DNA of 64,000 bases from the NCBI GenBank assembly GCA_964650355.1, contig CAZYTL010000001.1, positions 85,552 to 149,551 on the forward strand, given 5' to 3'. Positions 48,326 to 58,090 of the stretch are shown in pieces (the first letter of the stretch is position 1; every line of letters begins with the position of its first letter). This DNA is from an uncultured Gammaproteobacteria bacterium (GTDB lineage Bacteria; Patescibacteriota; Microgenomatia; CAYXHB01; CAZYTL01). A program made the translations under genes and the position numbers. The notes beneath the pieces were generated by a model. That model saw only the letters and a list, made by a program, of their open reading frames with translations. It made no database searches and had not been told where the DNA came from.

Positions 48326-49123
48326 ATGAATCCTAAAACCAACACTCAGATCAAAATCCACGTGCCCACAGAGAATAATCAGTTGCTGGAGCAAGCTCTT
48401 GATTTAATTAATCAAAGTGAAGAAGTCAGCACTCTATGGCACGTAATTAATGTTAACGCCATTGACCGTTTAGGCATGACCGACCATGGCCCTGTCCATT
48501 TTCAGATCGTTTCCAACATCGCTTTGAAACTTGCCCGGCTGTTAATGAAAAACCAGGTGACCATGTCAGTTTGTCAGGATTTTGACTTATCACCAGACCA
48601 CGCCGAACTCATCATTCTGCTAACCAGTTTATTTCATGACTTGGGCATGTCCATTAACCGGGCAGGACACGAAGATTACAGTCTGTTTCTGACCAATACC
48701 TTACTCAGGGAATTGCTCACCTTCTTACCCGTCAAAGAGAGAACCATCGTCATTTCCGAAACCCTGCAAGCCATCATCGCCCATCGCAGTGACGGCAAAC
48801 CCCGCACCATTGAAGCCGGTATTGTCAGGGTGGCCGATGCTTTGGACATGAGCGAAGGCCGGTCCCGAATCCCTTATGAAGCCGGTATAGTCGATATTCA
48901 TTCCATTTCCGCTGCCGCCATCGACGAAGTGAAAATCGCTCCCGGAGAAAAGAAACCCATTCAAATCCTCATTATCATGAACAATTCATCCGGAGTTTTC
49001 CAGGTAGACGAACTGCTTAAAAAGAAACTTTCCGGATCAGGTATCGAGCAATATGTGTCCGTCAAAGCTTTTATCAACCGGGAACACGAAAAAAACCTCC
49101 TCAAAGAATTCCAAATCTCCTAA
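48326..49123 (+). CDS. HD-domain phosphohydrolase
   Basis: DHGPVH, FHDLG, VADALD. Confidence 0.88.
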   Translation: MNPKTNTQIKIHVPTENNQLLEQALDLINQSEEVSTLWHVINVNAIDRLGMTDHGPVHFQIVSNIALKLARLLMKNQVTMSVCQDFDLSPDHAELIILLTSLFHDLGMSINRAGHEDYSLFLTNTLLRELLTFLPVKERTIVISETLQAIIAHRSDGKPRTIEAGIVRVADALDMSEGRSRIPYEAGIVDIHSISAAAIDEVKIAPGEKKPIQILIIMNNSSGVFQVDELLKKKLSGSGIEQYVSVKAFINREHEKNLLKEFQIS

Positions 49124-49158
49124 CCTTTCTTCTTACCCCAACACTCAATAGGAAACTG

Positions 49159-49923
49159 TTACCTGATATAGATTAGCCAGAAGAGCATGGCGAGTATAAT
49201 CCGATAAATCCCAAAGGGAATGAATGAGTGGTGCTGAATATAGCGAATAAAAAGTTTGACAGTTACCAAGGCGGTCAGAAAAGCCATCATAAATCCCATG
49301 ATTAGAGTTGTCCATTGTTCGGAAGAAAAATTCAGATTCGATTTCCAGAGATCCAATCCGGTAGCAGCTGCCATCGTTGGTAAAGCTAACAGAAAAGAGA
49401 ATTCCACCGCAGATCGCTTTGGTAAGCCTACTACCATGCCGCCAAAGATGGTGGCCGCTGCCCGGGAAACACCAGGAACCATAGATAAAGATTGCATTAG
49501 CCCGATCGCCAATGCCTGTCTGTAAGTAGGTTGACCAGTCGGTTGTTGAGCGGTGTTGATCAGTTTTTCCAGCAGAATAAATACCGCGCCGCCTATCGCC
49601 AGCGCCCAAAGAGTCACCGTGTAGTTGTTGAGTAAAGTAGACTTGATAAAATCGTAAGCTAACAAACCAATAAACGCTGTGGGAATGAAAGCTGTCAGTA
49701 GTTTGAACCACAGAGTAAAGTTCGTCAACAATTTTCTGGTGTAAATAGTCGCCACAGCCATGATGGCTCCCAGTTGGATAAATATTTCAAAAGAGGTCAG
49801 AAAATCAGTCTCATTAAGCCCCAGAAGTTTGGTAGTCAAAATCAAGTGACCGGTGGAGGACACAGGCAGAAATTCTGTAATCCCTTCTACAATACCCAAG
49901 ACGAATGTGTGAAGCAGAGACAT
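49159..49923 (-). CDS. uppP: Undecaprenyl-diphosphatase
   Basis: EGITEFLPVSSTGH, PGVSR, EFSF. Confidence 0.95.
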   Translation of the reverse strand: MSLLHTFVLGIVEGITEFLPVSSTGHLILTTKLLGLNETDFLTSFEIFIQLGAIMAVATIYTRKLLTNFTLWFKLLTAFIPTAFIGLLAYDFIKSTLLNNYTVTLWALAIGGAVFILLEKLINTAQQPTGQPTYRQALAIGLMQSLSMVPGVSRAAATIFGGMVVGLPKRSAVEFSFLLALPTMAAATGLDLWKSNLNFSSEQWTTLIMGFMMAFLTALVTVKLFIRYIQHHSFIPFGIYRIILAMLFWLIYIR

Positions 49924-49945
49924 ACCCTATTAGTTCAACAATGAT

Positions 49946-50116
49946 CTACATGTTCAGAAGTTCCAATACTTTATAAACTAGCACTCCTGGCCAAAATATC
50001 GCCTTAACAATCCCGACGATCCCATCTGCGAAAGTGGTGGCGTGCTGGACAAAATAAATTACCGCCCCGATCAAACCTAAACCATAAATGGCACCAGAAC
50101 CGGCGTTATTTTTCAT
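49946..50116 (-). CDS. 56-aa two-TM membrane protein
   Basis: Not in ORF track; MKNNAGSGAIYGLGLIGAVIYFVQHA...KAIFWPGVLVYKVLELLNM. Confidence 0.7.
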   Translation of the reverse strand: MKNNAGSGAIYGLGLIGAVIYFVQHATTFADGIVGIVKAIFWPGVLVYKVLELLNM

Positions 50117-50232
50117 TTCTACCTTCTTTCTTAAATCAGTATTTATCAGATCAGCTTACTTGTCAATCCGATAAGGAAAACTTAATCAGTAGAGTGGCGG
50201 GTGTATTTGAACGAGTCTCCGATAAAGATTTT

Positions 50233-51039
50233 TTACTCCAGCAATTTTCGTTTACTGAAAATATAGACGATCATGAAAATTTGCATGACTTCTCCTCCCA
50301 TACAAATTAAGGTATCCGTTAGAGTAGGTTTATTTAAGTAAGAAAAAAATAACGATTGGGGTCTGTTAGATTGATAATTTTCCGGATTTAAAAAATAAGG
50401 TAAAGATATCAGCAAACCATAAGCTGTCAAAAATAAAAATCCGTATAGAGCCCATTTCTTCAACTTCCACAAACCAACCCCGACAATAACCCAAATTATG
50501 TTTACGATTAATGACCTTAATCTGTAATAAGATTTGTCTTGGTAAATATATGAGGAGAAGAAGAGAGCCGGAGCTTCCTCGTATCCTAAATAACTTCTGA
50601 TTATTACTTGGGGAACAAGTTGATACAAAGGAACTTTTTTAATTTTAACTCCTGTTAATACCACGCCCACGCTACCTTCACCAGGAGGAGGATTTATTCG
50701 AGGGGCCAGCGCAACAGAGAGAGATTGCTGGTCTCGTTCAATTTCTATGCTTACTTCTTTGCCCCGATTGGCATCAACTAGTTCTACAAAGTCTGACGGG
50801 GTATCAATAATCTCATTATTTACAGAAATGACTTCATCTCCTACCTTCAATTGCGCCTTGGCAGCAGGAGTATTTGGTTGGACCTCAAGAATATTTACTT
50901 TAGCTTTAACAGTAAGGCCCTTCTGCTCAATAGAATGAAAAAGACCAAATAAAGGTAAAGAAAGGATAACTCCGATTATGCCGCCTAAGATAGTGAAAAT
51001 GGCTATGATGGACAGCAGTTTGGGACGTTTATTCTTCAT
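50233..51039 (-). CDS. Membrane protein with PDZ domain
   Basis: VQPNTPAAKAQLKVGDEVISVN. Confidence 0.75.
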   Translation of the reverse strand: MKNKRPKLLSIIAIFTILGGIIGVILSLPLFGLFHSIEQKGLTVKAKVNILEVQPNTPAAKAQLKVGDEVISVNNEIIDTPSDFVELVDANRGKEVSIEIERDQQSLSVALAPRINPPPGEGSVGVVLTGVKIKKVPLYQLVPQVIIRSYLGYEEAPALFFSSYIYQDKSYYRLRSLIVNIIWVIVGVGLWKLKKWALYGFLFLTAYGLLISLPYFLNPENYQSNRPQSLFFSYLNKPTLTDTLICMGGEVMQIFMIVYIFSKRKLLE

Positions 51040-51190
51040 ATCATCCTCAACTCTACCCCTTTAAGATACAATATCACTATGAAATTAGTCGACAAAATTG
51101 TAGACTTGACCTCATCTAAATTGTTAAGGAGGTATAAAATACAACGTTGCTAATGATCCTCTAAAAATAAACGATCAATACCAAGATTCG

Positions 51191-51928
51191 TTGGATTTAA
51201 TTAAAAGTCTATATCAAAAGGCATATTACTGGCACGGCACCGGCCGGTATCACTATCAACACCCAAGCCGGTCAAAATATCACTCTCAAACTAATAGTAA
51301 AATCTTTGATGTACTTCAGTCTCTTATCCACCATGGCGGACTTACCCCTCAATATGATTTATGGACCAACATGTCATCGATTTCTCTTACTAAGAACAGA
51401 ATTTATGCCAGAGCCTATGTCCAGTTTCACCAATTCGAACGCACTCCGTTGCTCTATGAGTACGGCACAACTAAATTCTGGTTTCATACATTAGGAATAA
51501 AACAACTTTTTACCAATAATTTCGGGCACAATATCATCAGTGTCATGAAAATGCGAACCAATAAAGACTTTGATAATCGGTTTCGCCAATGGGCTGGTTA
51601 TGTAAGAAAGGATATTAAGAAACATCCAATTTCATTACTCTCGTTTTATAAACTTAGATCAGACATTTACGGAAACTTCGGAATACTATTCGGTATTAAA
51701 AAACCCTCCGTTCAGGAAATACCCTTTAATTCAACCATTGACCGCTATGAGGTGCGTTGCATTAAGGCAATCACATTTAAACAAATGACCCATGCGGAAG
51801 TGCCATTAGCTAATGTTGAAGAAACAAAGAAAATATTTGGGGGAAATAAAATTAAACTACCTGTTTTACCAATCGAACTATCCGAAATTTACTGTAACTC
51901 GTTGAATTATGAATATCTTGGAGGATAA
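51191..51928 (+). CDS. Hypothetical protein
   Basis: 245 aa ORF, WHGT motif, family not recognised. Confidence 0.55.
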   Translation: MDLIKSLYQKAYYWHGTGRYHYQHPSRSKYHSQTNSKIFDVLQSLIHHGGLTPQYDLWTNMSSISLTKNRIYARAYVQFHQFERTPLLYEYGTTKFWFHTLGIKQLFTNNFGHNIISVMKMRTNKDFDNRFRQWAGYVRKDIKKHPISLLSFYKLRSDIYGNFGILFGIKKPSVQEIPFNSTIDRYEVRCIKAITFKQMTHAEVPLANVEETKKIFGGNKIKLPVLPIELSEIYCNSLNYEYLGG

Positions 51929-51962
51929 GGCGATGGATGAAGGAAGACTCAAATTAAACCTT

Positions 51963-52655
51963 TTAAGTCAGATCAAATCTGGTTATTATCTCTTTTTCAT
52001 CAATCTCAAAATACTTAGCGAAGTAGTTGAATAGGTTTTGGAGATCGCGTTTCAACAATTCATCTTTGTGAGGATTGTGGCGGATGTCAACGGCTTGAGG
52101 TAGGTCGATGATATAGGGTTTCTCCTGCCACCAGAGAATGTTGTAGGCAGAGAGATCGCCGTGGACTACACCGCATTGGAGGAGAAGTTTGACATCGTGA
52201 AGGATATGTTGAAAGGCTGATTGGGCTTGTGATTTGGTTAGAATCACGTCGGTTAAACGTGGAGCGACATGTTCGTCTCCGATGAATTCCATCAGGATAG
52301 ATTCCGGCGTCCAGTCGTAAACCTTAGGCACATTGGCGCCTAGGCTGTTCAGCTTTTTCAGGAGATAAAATTCTCTTCTTACCCAATTTCTGTGCATCAG
52401 CTTTCTGCCGAATTTTCCTCGCTTAAGCACTGCTTTTCTCTCCGATGGTTTGCGGTAATACTTGCCTTCCAAATAAGCGGAGTTATTTTGGAAGGAGCGG
52501 AACTGGGGATCAATGTAGACTTTCAACGCCAAAGTTTGCCTGCCGAATTCAACCATAAACACCATAGCCTCCTTGCCTGTCTTTACTTTACGCGGGTGGC
52601 GGAGGTGGTAATTTTTCTGCTCATAGGCCCGGATAATATGATCTAAATTAATCAC
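51963..52655 (-). CDS. RIO1-family atypical kinase
   Basis: TGKEA, MEFIG, VHGDLSAYNIL, IIDLPQ. Confidence 0.9.
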   Translation of the reverse strand: MINLDHIIRAYEQKNYHLRHPRKVKTGKEAMVFMVEFGRQTLALKVYIDPQFRSFQNNSAYLEGKYYRKPSERKAVLKRGKFGRKLMHRNWVRREFYLLKKLNSLGANVPKVYDWTPESILMEFIGDEHVAPRLTDVILTKSQAQSAFQHILHDVKLLLQCGVVHGDLSAYNILWWQEKPYIIDLPQAVDIRHNPHKDELLKRDLQNLFNYFAKYFEIDEKEIITRFDLT

Positions 52656-52714
52656 TTAAATGGTATTGTAGTACAATTATTTAGAAATAGCTAAGTGAAA
52701 TACAAAACACAGTC

Positions 52715-53491
52715 ATGAAATTCTTAGTCGCAGTAGCTCAATACGCTGTGCCTGAAGATGTTTCCGGCTCGATCTCCAAACTAGATGAGCTGGCAGCTAA
52801 GGTAGCCAAAGATGGAGCTCGATTATTAGTCGCGCCTGAAACAGCTATTGGCATGCTGGCAGATGTTAAAACTGCTTCCACCGACTACTTGCCTGATTTG
52901 AAGAACATCGCCAGTGAACACAAAATTGCCATAGCCACCAGCTTTTATAAAAAATCCACAGGAGGGGAACATTTTAACCAGGGTTATATCGTAAGTTCAT
53001 CTGGTGAAGTTTTACATTCCCATCGAAAAATATACCTTGCTCCTCCTGAACGAGAGGTTGACGGCATTTCCAGCGGCCATGAATTGACGGTCTCAAAAAC
53101 AGAAATAGGAAAACTGGGCATGTTGATCTGCAAAGACGGGTTTAACCGGTACTCCCACTTTTTGTATGAAAGATTTAATCAGTTAGGGACCGAAATTATT
53201 TGCATTCCTACCTGGTCAATTGGGTGGGATGAAATGAATACTCAGGAATATATCAGGTCCTTGTTCGTTTACGGCTCATTTACTAGCCGGGCATATGTGC
53301 TTGTTTCAGGGAACCTGAATCGCAAAGATAAATCATTTGGCCGTTCTTTAATCGTCAGCCCCGTCCGGGGCGTCCTCCGTGAAGGATCAACAGATCAGGA
53401 AGAATTAATCGTCCAAGAAATTGACCTTAAAGAAGTAAAAACAGCCAGAGATTTCGATTCCCGGTGGCAACCGAAAGGGAGGATCTTGTAA
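52715..53491 (+). CDS. Carbon-nitrogen hydrolase (nitrilase family)
   Basis: E-K-C triad: APE, RKIYL, LICKD. Confidence 0.9.
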   Translation: MKFLVAVAQYAVPEDVSGSISKLDELAAKVAKDGARLLVAPETAIGMLADVKTASTDYLPDLKNIASEHKIAIATSFYKKSTGGEHFNQGYIVSSSGEVLHSHRKIYLAPPEREVDGISSGHELTVSKTEIGKLGMLICKDGFNRYSHFLYERFNQLGTEIICIPTWSIGWDEMNTQEYIRSLFVYGSFTSRAYVLVSGNLNRKDKSFGRSLIVSPVRGVLREGSTDQEELIVQEIDLKEVKTARDFDSRWQPKGRIL

Positions 53492-53548
53492 TCCTTAAGA
53501 TTTACTGCCTTAAAAGTGTTTCCTATTTTTAATTCTCAAATTGAGTCG

Positions 53549-53588
53549 AAGGCCGAGCAGGCCGGTCTAGGACCGCTCAGGCCTTTTT
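53549..53588 (+). terminator. Terminator-like hairpin
   Basis: AAGGCC GAGC...GCTC A GGCCTT TTT. Confidence 0.55.
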
Positions 53589-53641
53589 AACGATTGTCTC
53601 AGATTTAGGCTAAATAAGATAACAAAACAGGGCAACGATAA

Positions 53642-54763
53642 CTATAATGCTATATTATTCATCAGAATCATTCCATTATACTTAACAATCACGTTCTCAA
53701 CTTCCCTGAATTCTTGTTTGTATTTTTTCTTCAAAGTGTCGATCATTTTGGATATTTTAATTAGCATCCTAGAAGAACTGGAGGGACTCCTGCCCGGTTT
53801 TCGAAATACAGAGGATTTACTAAGCACGCTTTCTAAAACAAACTCCGTATAGTACCAGTCCCACTTAAATTCCTTGAAGACTGTTTCTCTCAATCTTAGT
53901 TCAATTTCATGTTTGAGGCTGTTCTTACGGGTGTCTTTTATAAGTTTATCAAGATCTATATTGTTAAAAATTGGAGCTATTCGTGGCTGCTTCTCAATTT
54001 CCGCTAATCCTTTGAGATAATATCTTTCACATAGCTTAACCAATCTATCTAACTTGTCACGTTGACGTTTTTGTGGAGCCCGAAGTTTGTATATCCGAAA
54101 TTTTTTACCATTAAATTCTGTAGTCATTTCTCGAATAAGAATAACTTCTGGCTTAATAATTAAATCGATAAACACAACCCTTTTCCCATCTGATTTTCCC
54201 CAGATTTTAAGTGCATTACCTGAGTAATCCATTTTCCAGATATGTTGTGTGTCAATTCTAAGCTCATTGTCTTTAACAAGATAAACTGGATTATCGTTCT
54301 GAACACGAGCTAAAATGCTGAGTTTCAAAATCCCTGAAGAAAGATCGACGGACAGTAATGAATGTCTTCCAGAGAGGTTAAACAAAGATGTTCTTTCTCC
54401 ATGGCTAACAAAACTTGAGCCAATGAAAAAGGAATAACCTCTTTTTCTCTCTAATGGAAATTTATCTACTAATACTAAAGGTTTAGCTGGCCTTGCCTTA
54501 TATTTATAAAGTTCTTTTTTTGAAAAAAAACAACCACCCCTTCCGTGAATGCGTCTATGACACTCATCACAAATTGGGATTAGGTACCTTTCGTCATTCG
54601 AAAATTTCTTTGACCATTCTTCAATATGATGAAATACAACTGGGATTTTGCCGCAAATGGAACAACTAAAGCGCGATTGAGATAAAAGTCTCTGTTTTGC
54701 ATCAGCTTTGATATACTCTCTAGCGTTGTGAATACAAGTAGAATAACTCATTTTTGTTTTCAA
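53642..54763 (-). CDS. HNH endonuclease domain protein with long unknown C-terminus
   Basis: CSICG...FHHI...ICDECHRRIH; start codon uncertain. Confidence 0.7.
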   Translation of the reverse strand: MKTKMSYSTCIHNAREYIKADAKQRLLSQSRFSCSICGKIPVVFHHIEEWSKKFSNDERYLIPICDECHRRIHGRGGCFFSKKELYKYKARPAKPLVLVDKFPLERKRGYSFFIGSSFVSHGERTSLFNLSGRHSLLSVDLSSGILKLSILARVQNDNPVYLVKDNELRIDTQHIWKMDYSGNALKIWGKSDGKRVVFIDLIIKPEVILIREMTTEFNGKKFRIYKLRAPQKRQRDKLDRLVKLCERYYLKGLAEIEKQPRIAPIFNNIDLDKLIKDTRKNSLKHEIELRLRETVFKEFKWDWYYTEFVLESVLSKSSVFRKPGRSPSSSSRMLIKISKMIDTLKKKYKQEFREVENVIVKYNGMILMNNIAL

Positions 54764-55006
54764 ACTTCTATAGAGTTTACGGTCGCTTAGTGTCCAATCG
54801 TGCTGTAGGGCTAGGATTCCCGCCTACCCTTGCCTGTCGTCTTAGTTGATTGCAACTGCGGCGGCAGGGACGTAATCGGCGGACACAGCGAACAGATTGC
54901 ATTTTTCTATTAAAAGTTATTCTAACACATTTTCACTTCAGCCCTTCTTTTATCAATAAATAGTCCGGCAATTCTTCATGTCCGTTTATTGTTGTCCCAT
55001 ATCTGG

Positions 55007-55696
55007 TTAAGGTCCGTCTACTTCACCCCGGAAATCGCTTGTTCTTGGTTGGAGAGCAACCGCCAAATTTCTCACCTGGAGATACCGGGCCATAGCTATT
55101 TCATAACGGGAATTTAAATATTCACCCTGATCTGCTTGCCTTCTGGTATTGGGATTACAGCTAAAAAACAATGCCTGGTCCATCGTGGCCGGCGCTAAAA
55201 ATCTCCACTCTATCATAAATTTAGAATCGAAAGAAACAAACGAACCTAATCTCCAATTGAAAGCGTTAGTTCTATTCAGTGCTGCTAATGCTTGATCGTA
55301 ACCCATTTCTGCTTCTCCTAAATATAATCTCTCACCTCCAACTACTTGTCGATATAGGCGGAGAGCGTCCTCGAAAACTTGGAAAGTGAAATCTTCCCCT
55401 CTAATTCCCAAAGGATTAAACTGATCTTCCTTAATTTGGGCGGAAATTGTCCCTTCACTAAGTGGGCGAGAAAGAAGAGGACAGGAACGCAGATTATTAA
55501 TGGGGTAATTGTCTAACCATTTCCATCGTCTTCCCCAAAGACAAACCTGACCAATAGGTTCATGAGCAGCAGCCCAGGTGTGATTGACTACCATCCTGTT
55601 AAATTCACAATCAGGACAATCCCTAGTCGGGCGTTTTCTGTCTCCATAACGAAGATGGGAATCTGGTAGATTATAGACATCGATTTCCTTAGACAT
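55007..55696 (-). CDS. Hypothetical protein with four Cys in the N-terminal part
   Basis: CPDC...C...C; overlaps the GIY-YIG stop. Confidence 0.5.
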   Translation of the reverse strand: MSKEIDVYNLPDSHLRYGDRKRPTRDCPDCEFNRMVVNHTWAAAHEPIGQVCLWGRRWKWLDNYPINNLRSCPLLSRPLSEGTISAQIKEDQFNPLGIRGEDFTFQVFEDALRLYRQVVGGERLYLGEAEMGYDQALAALNRTNAFNWRLGSFVSFDSKFMIEWRFLAPATMDQALFFSCNPNTRRQADQGEYLNSRYEIAMARYLQVRNLAVALQPRTSDFRGEVDGP

Positions 55697-56006
55697 AAGT
55701 TTTGGTTTTTAATTCTTCGAAGCTTTCTTTCAGCATTATTTTTATCGCCTTTTTACCGGCGGTTGTTTTAAAGTATTTTTCTCTTCTCAAAGCGTCTTTC
55801 TTGGAGTAAAAATATTCACAAAAAATTAGTCTTAATGGCCTTCTGGGCGCAGTAGCTTTTGAATTACCGCGAAAGTGTTCTGTTAACCTCTGTTTTAGAT
55901 CTGAAGTGAAGCCGATGTATAATTGACCGTCTTTTTCGCTAAGAAGAACATATACGCACCAGTTGAGTTTAGTCATCTTTGTTTCTGAAGAATCATCTCG
56001 GGCCAT
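55689..56006 (-). CDS. GIY-YIG nuclease
   Basis: VYVLLS...LYIGFTSDLKQRL...ALRREKYFK; probable start 55976. Confidence 0.9.
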   Translation of the reverse strand: MARDDSSETKMTKLNWCVYVLLSEKDGQLYIGFTSDLKQRLTEHFRGNSKATAPRRPLRLIFCEYFYSKKDALRREKYFKTTAGKKAIKIMLKESFEELKTKTYV

Positions 56007-56059
56007 AAAGTAGAACGAAGTTCACTTTACGGCCATGAAGTGATCTCTGATCTACTTCA

Positions 56060-56133
56060 TGGCTGCGGGGCATGGATTCGAACCATGATAGACGGCTCCA
56101 AAGGCCGCAGTCCTACCGTTAGACGACCCCGCA
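56060..56133 (-). tRNA. tRNA-Gln(TTG)
   Basis: TGCGGGG...GCGGC-CTTTGGA-GCCGT...GGTTCGAATCC...CCCCGCA-GCCA; U1-A72 pair. Confidence 0.95.
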
Positions 56134-56198
56134 TTATGCCTTAAAAGCAAAATTGAACTGCAAGGTTTATTTTAACACTTTTAAGTTCATTTTGCTGT

Positions 56199-56918
56199 AT
56201 GATATCAATAATGTCAGCCGCACAAGTTAAACGAGCCTTAAGTGCTCTCGCCAATCCGGAAAGGGCCAAACATTCAGTCCGTTTCTTCAAAACCGGACCA
56301 GGAGAGTACGGAGCAGGGGATAAGTTTTTAGGCATTACAGTGCCCCAACAGAGACAAATTGCCAAAAAATTCAAGGATTTACCATTAACAGAAGTAGAGA
56401 AATTACTGCATAGCTCCTATCACGATCATCGACTTACTGCTTTAGTAATTCTCACTTACCAATTTCCCAAAGCCGACTCTTCGACTCAAATCAAGATTTA
56501 TAACTTTTACCTGAAAAACACCCGTTATATTAACAACTGGGATCTAGTGGATCTATCCGCCCCTAAAATTGTCGGCCAGCATCTGCTTGATAAACCAGAA
56601 CAAAGAACCATTCTTTATCAATTAGTTAAATCAAAAAACCTATGGGAAAGACGCATCGCCATTCTGGCTACCTTCTCTTTTATTAAACAAACAGACTTCA
56701 AAGATGCTCTTCAAATAGCTGAGTTATTGGTAAAAGATAACCACGACCTCATCCATAAAGCCGTAGGTTGGATGCTTAGAGAAATCGGCAAACAAGACGA
56801 AAAAGTCCTTTTAAGATTCCTTGATCAATATGCCTCTACCATGCCCCGCACCATGCTCCGCTATTCTATAGAAAAACTTACTCCTGCGCGAAGAAGTTTT
56901 TATTTGAAAAAGTCGTGA
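56199..56918 (+). CDS. alkD: AlkD-like DNA alkylation repair protein
   Basis: FFKTGPGEYG, NNWDLVD, LWERR, KAVGWMLRE. Confidence 0.88.
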   Translation: MISIMSAAQVKRALSALANPERAKHSVRFFKTGPGEYGAGDKFLGITVPQQRQIAKKFKDLPLTEVEKLLHSSYHDHRLTALVILTYQFPKADSSTQIKIYNFYLKNTRYINNWDLVDLSAPKIVGQHLLDKPEQRTILYQLVKSKNLWERRIAILATFSFIKQTDFKDALQIAELLVKDNHDLIHKAVGWMLREIGKQDEKVLLRFLDQYASTMPRTMLRYSIEKLTPARRSFYLKKS

Positions 56919-56929
56919 TTTTACAATCG

Positions 56930-57433
56930 TTATCTTCGCAAATAAGGGCTGAAGTCATCGAAATGGTATGAAAAAACGTTAAACTGAGTACTCAGAAAAA
57001 AGATTAAAACAATTATCAAGACCGATAGTTTGTCTTTCTTTATAATTCGAAATTTTAAATTTATCAAATTAAACAAAGAAAAAATATACAGTAATCCGAG
57101 AAGGATCAACAAATATGTTTTGTCATGTAAATCAAATAAGAAAAAATCATAATTAATTACATTATCGATTTTATCCGGTTGGAAACTGATGATTTTTATC
57201 GACTGAAATATCAAAATAGCAAATGTCCAAAGTATAACAAAATACAATTTATTTATCCTCTTGGCAAAAATAAGTAACAAGACAATCAACAGCGATACAA
57301 GAAGCAACCAGGGTACCCAAGCCTGACACGAGACTTCGAGACAGAAAAAAAGATCAAACAAATTGAAAAGGATGACCAATGGAAGAGCATAAATCATTGA
57401 GAGTATTCCGCCTAAACTTTGGATTATTTGCAT
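56930..57433 (-). CDS. Hypothetical membrane protein
   Basis: Several TM segments, very AT-rich. Confidence 0.55.
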   Translation of the reverse strand: MQIIQSLGGILSMIYALPLVILFNLFDLFFCLEVSCQAWVPWLLLVSLLIVLLLIFAKRINKLYFVILWTFAILIFQSIKIISFQPDKIDNVINYDFFLFDLHDKTYLLILLGLLYIFSLFNLINLKFRIIKKDKLSVLIIVLIFFLSTQFNVFSYHFDDFSPYLRR

Positions 57434-57470
57434 AATTTAAATCCTTGATGTTTGACCGGGAGATCGAGAG

Positions 57471-58067
57471 TCAGTTAGATTTTCCTAGTAAATTACTTAC
57501 TACTTGATTCATTTTACTATCAGAGAAATCATTAAGCAATTTTTTGTAAAACTCCCACACTGCCATGGCATCGTCCAGTGCCCGGTGCCGATGAGCCACT
57601 TTAATCTGGAATCGATCTATGATCTGATCTAAGCCATGATGGCGATACTCAGGAAAGAGTTTTCTTGACAATTTTACAGTGCAGAGTAGGGGAGCGGAAA
57701 AACTCATTTTTTGTCTGGCAAATTCAGTGGTTAAAAATCCGTAATCAAACTGGGCGTTGTGAGCCACTAAAGTGCCGTCGGTTAACAAGGTCCATAGATC
57801 ATCCTGAATTTGCCTGAAACTTGGCGCGTACTCCAGATCTAAGGGACTGATGCCGGTGAAATATTGAATGAACCTGGGCACTTCGCACAGCGGATTAATT
57901 AGCGTTTGGTAAGTATCAATTATTTGACCATTTTCTACCTTAATTACTCCGATATCAATGATTCGGTTGTTTGCCGGACTCAACCCTGTAGTTTCCACAT
58001 CCACAAATATTAGCCTCTGACTTTGATTAAGCCTGTCCATACCTGGATATAAGCATAACACTTTCAC
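57471..58067 (-). CDS. DEDDh 3'-5' exonuclease (DnaQ-like)
   Basis: DVETTG, AHNAQFD, HRALDDA. Confidence 0.92.
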   Translation of the reverse strand: MKVLCLYPGMDRLNQSQRLIFVDVETTGLSPANNRIIDIGVIKVENGQIIDTYQTLINPLCEVPRFIQYFTGISPLDLEYAPSFRQIQDDLWTLLTDGTLVAHNAQFDYGFLTTEFARQKMSFSAPLLCTVKLSRKLFPEYRHHGLDQIIDRFQIKVAHRHRALDDAMAVWEFYKKLLNDFSDSKMNQVVSNLLGKSN

Positions 58068-58090
58068 TGGTATTAAGTTATATTAAAAAC

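Noticed and set aside
49145-49711. 188-aa alternative-frame ORF
   Set aside because: Overlaps the well-supported uppP frame; the other nested or antisense ORFs (e.g. 12789, 22828, 44592, 59655) were rejected likewise
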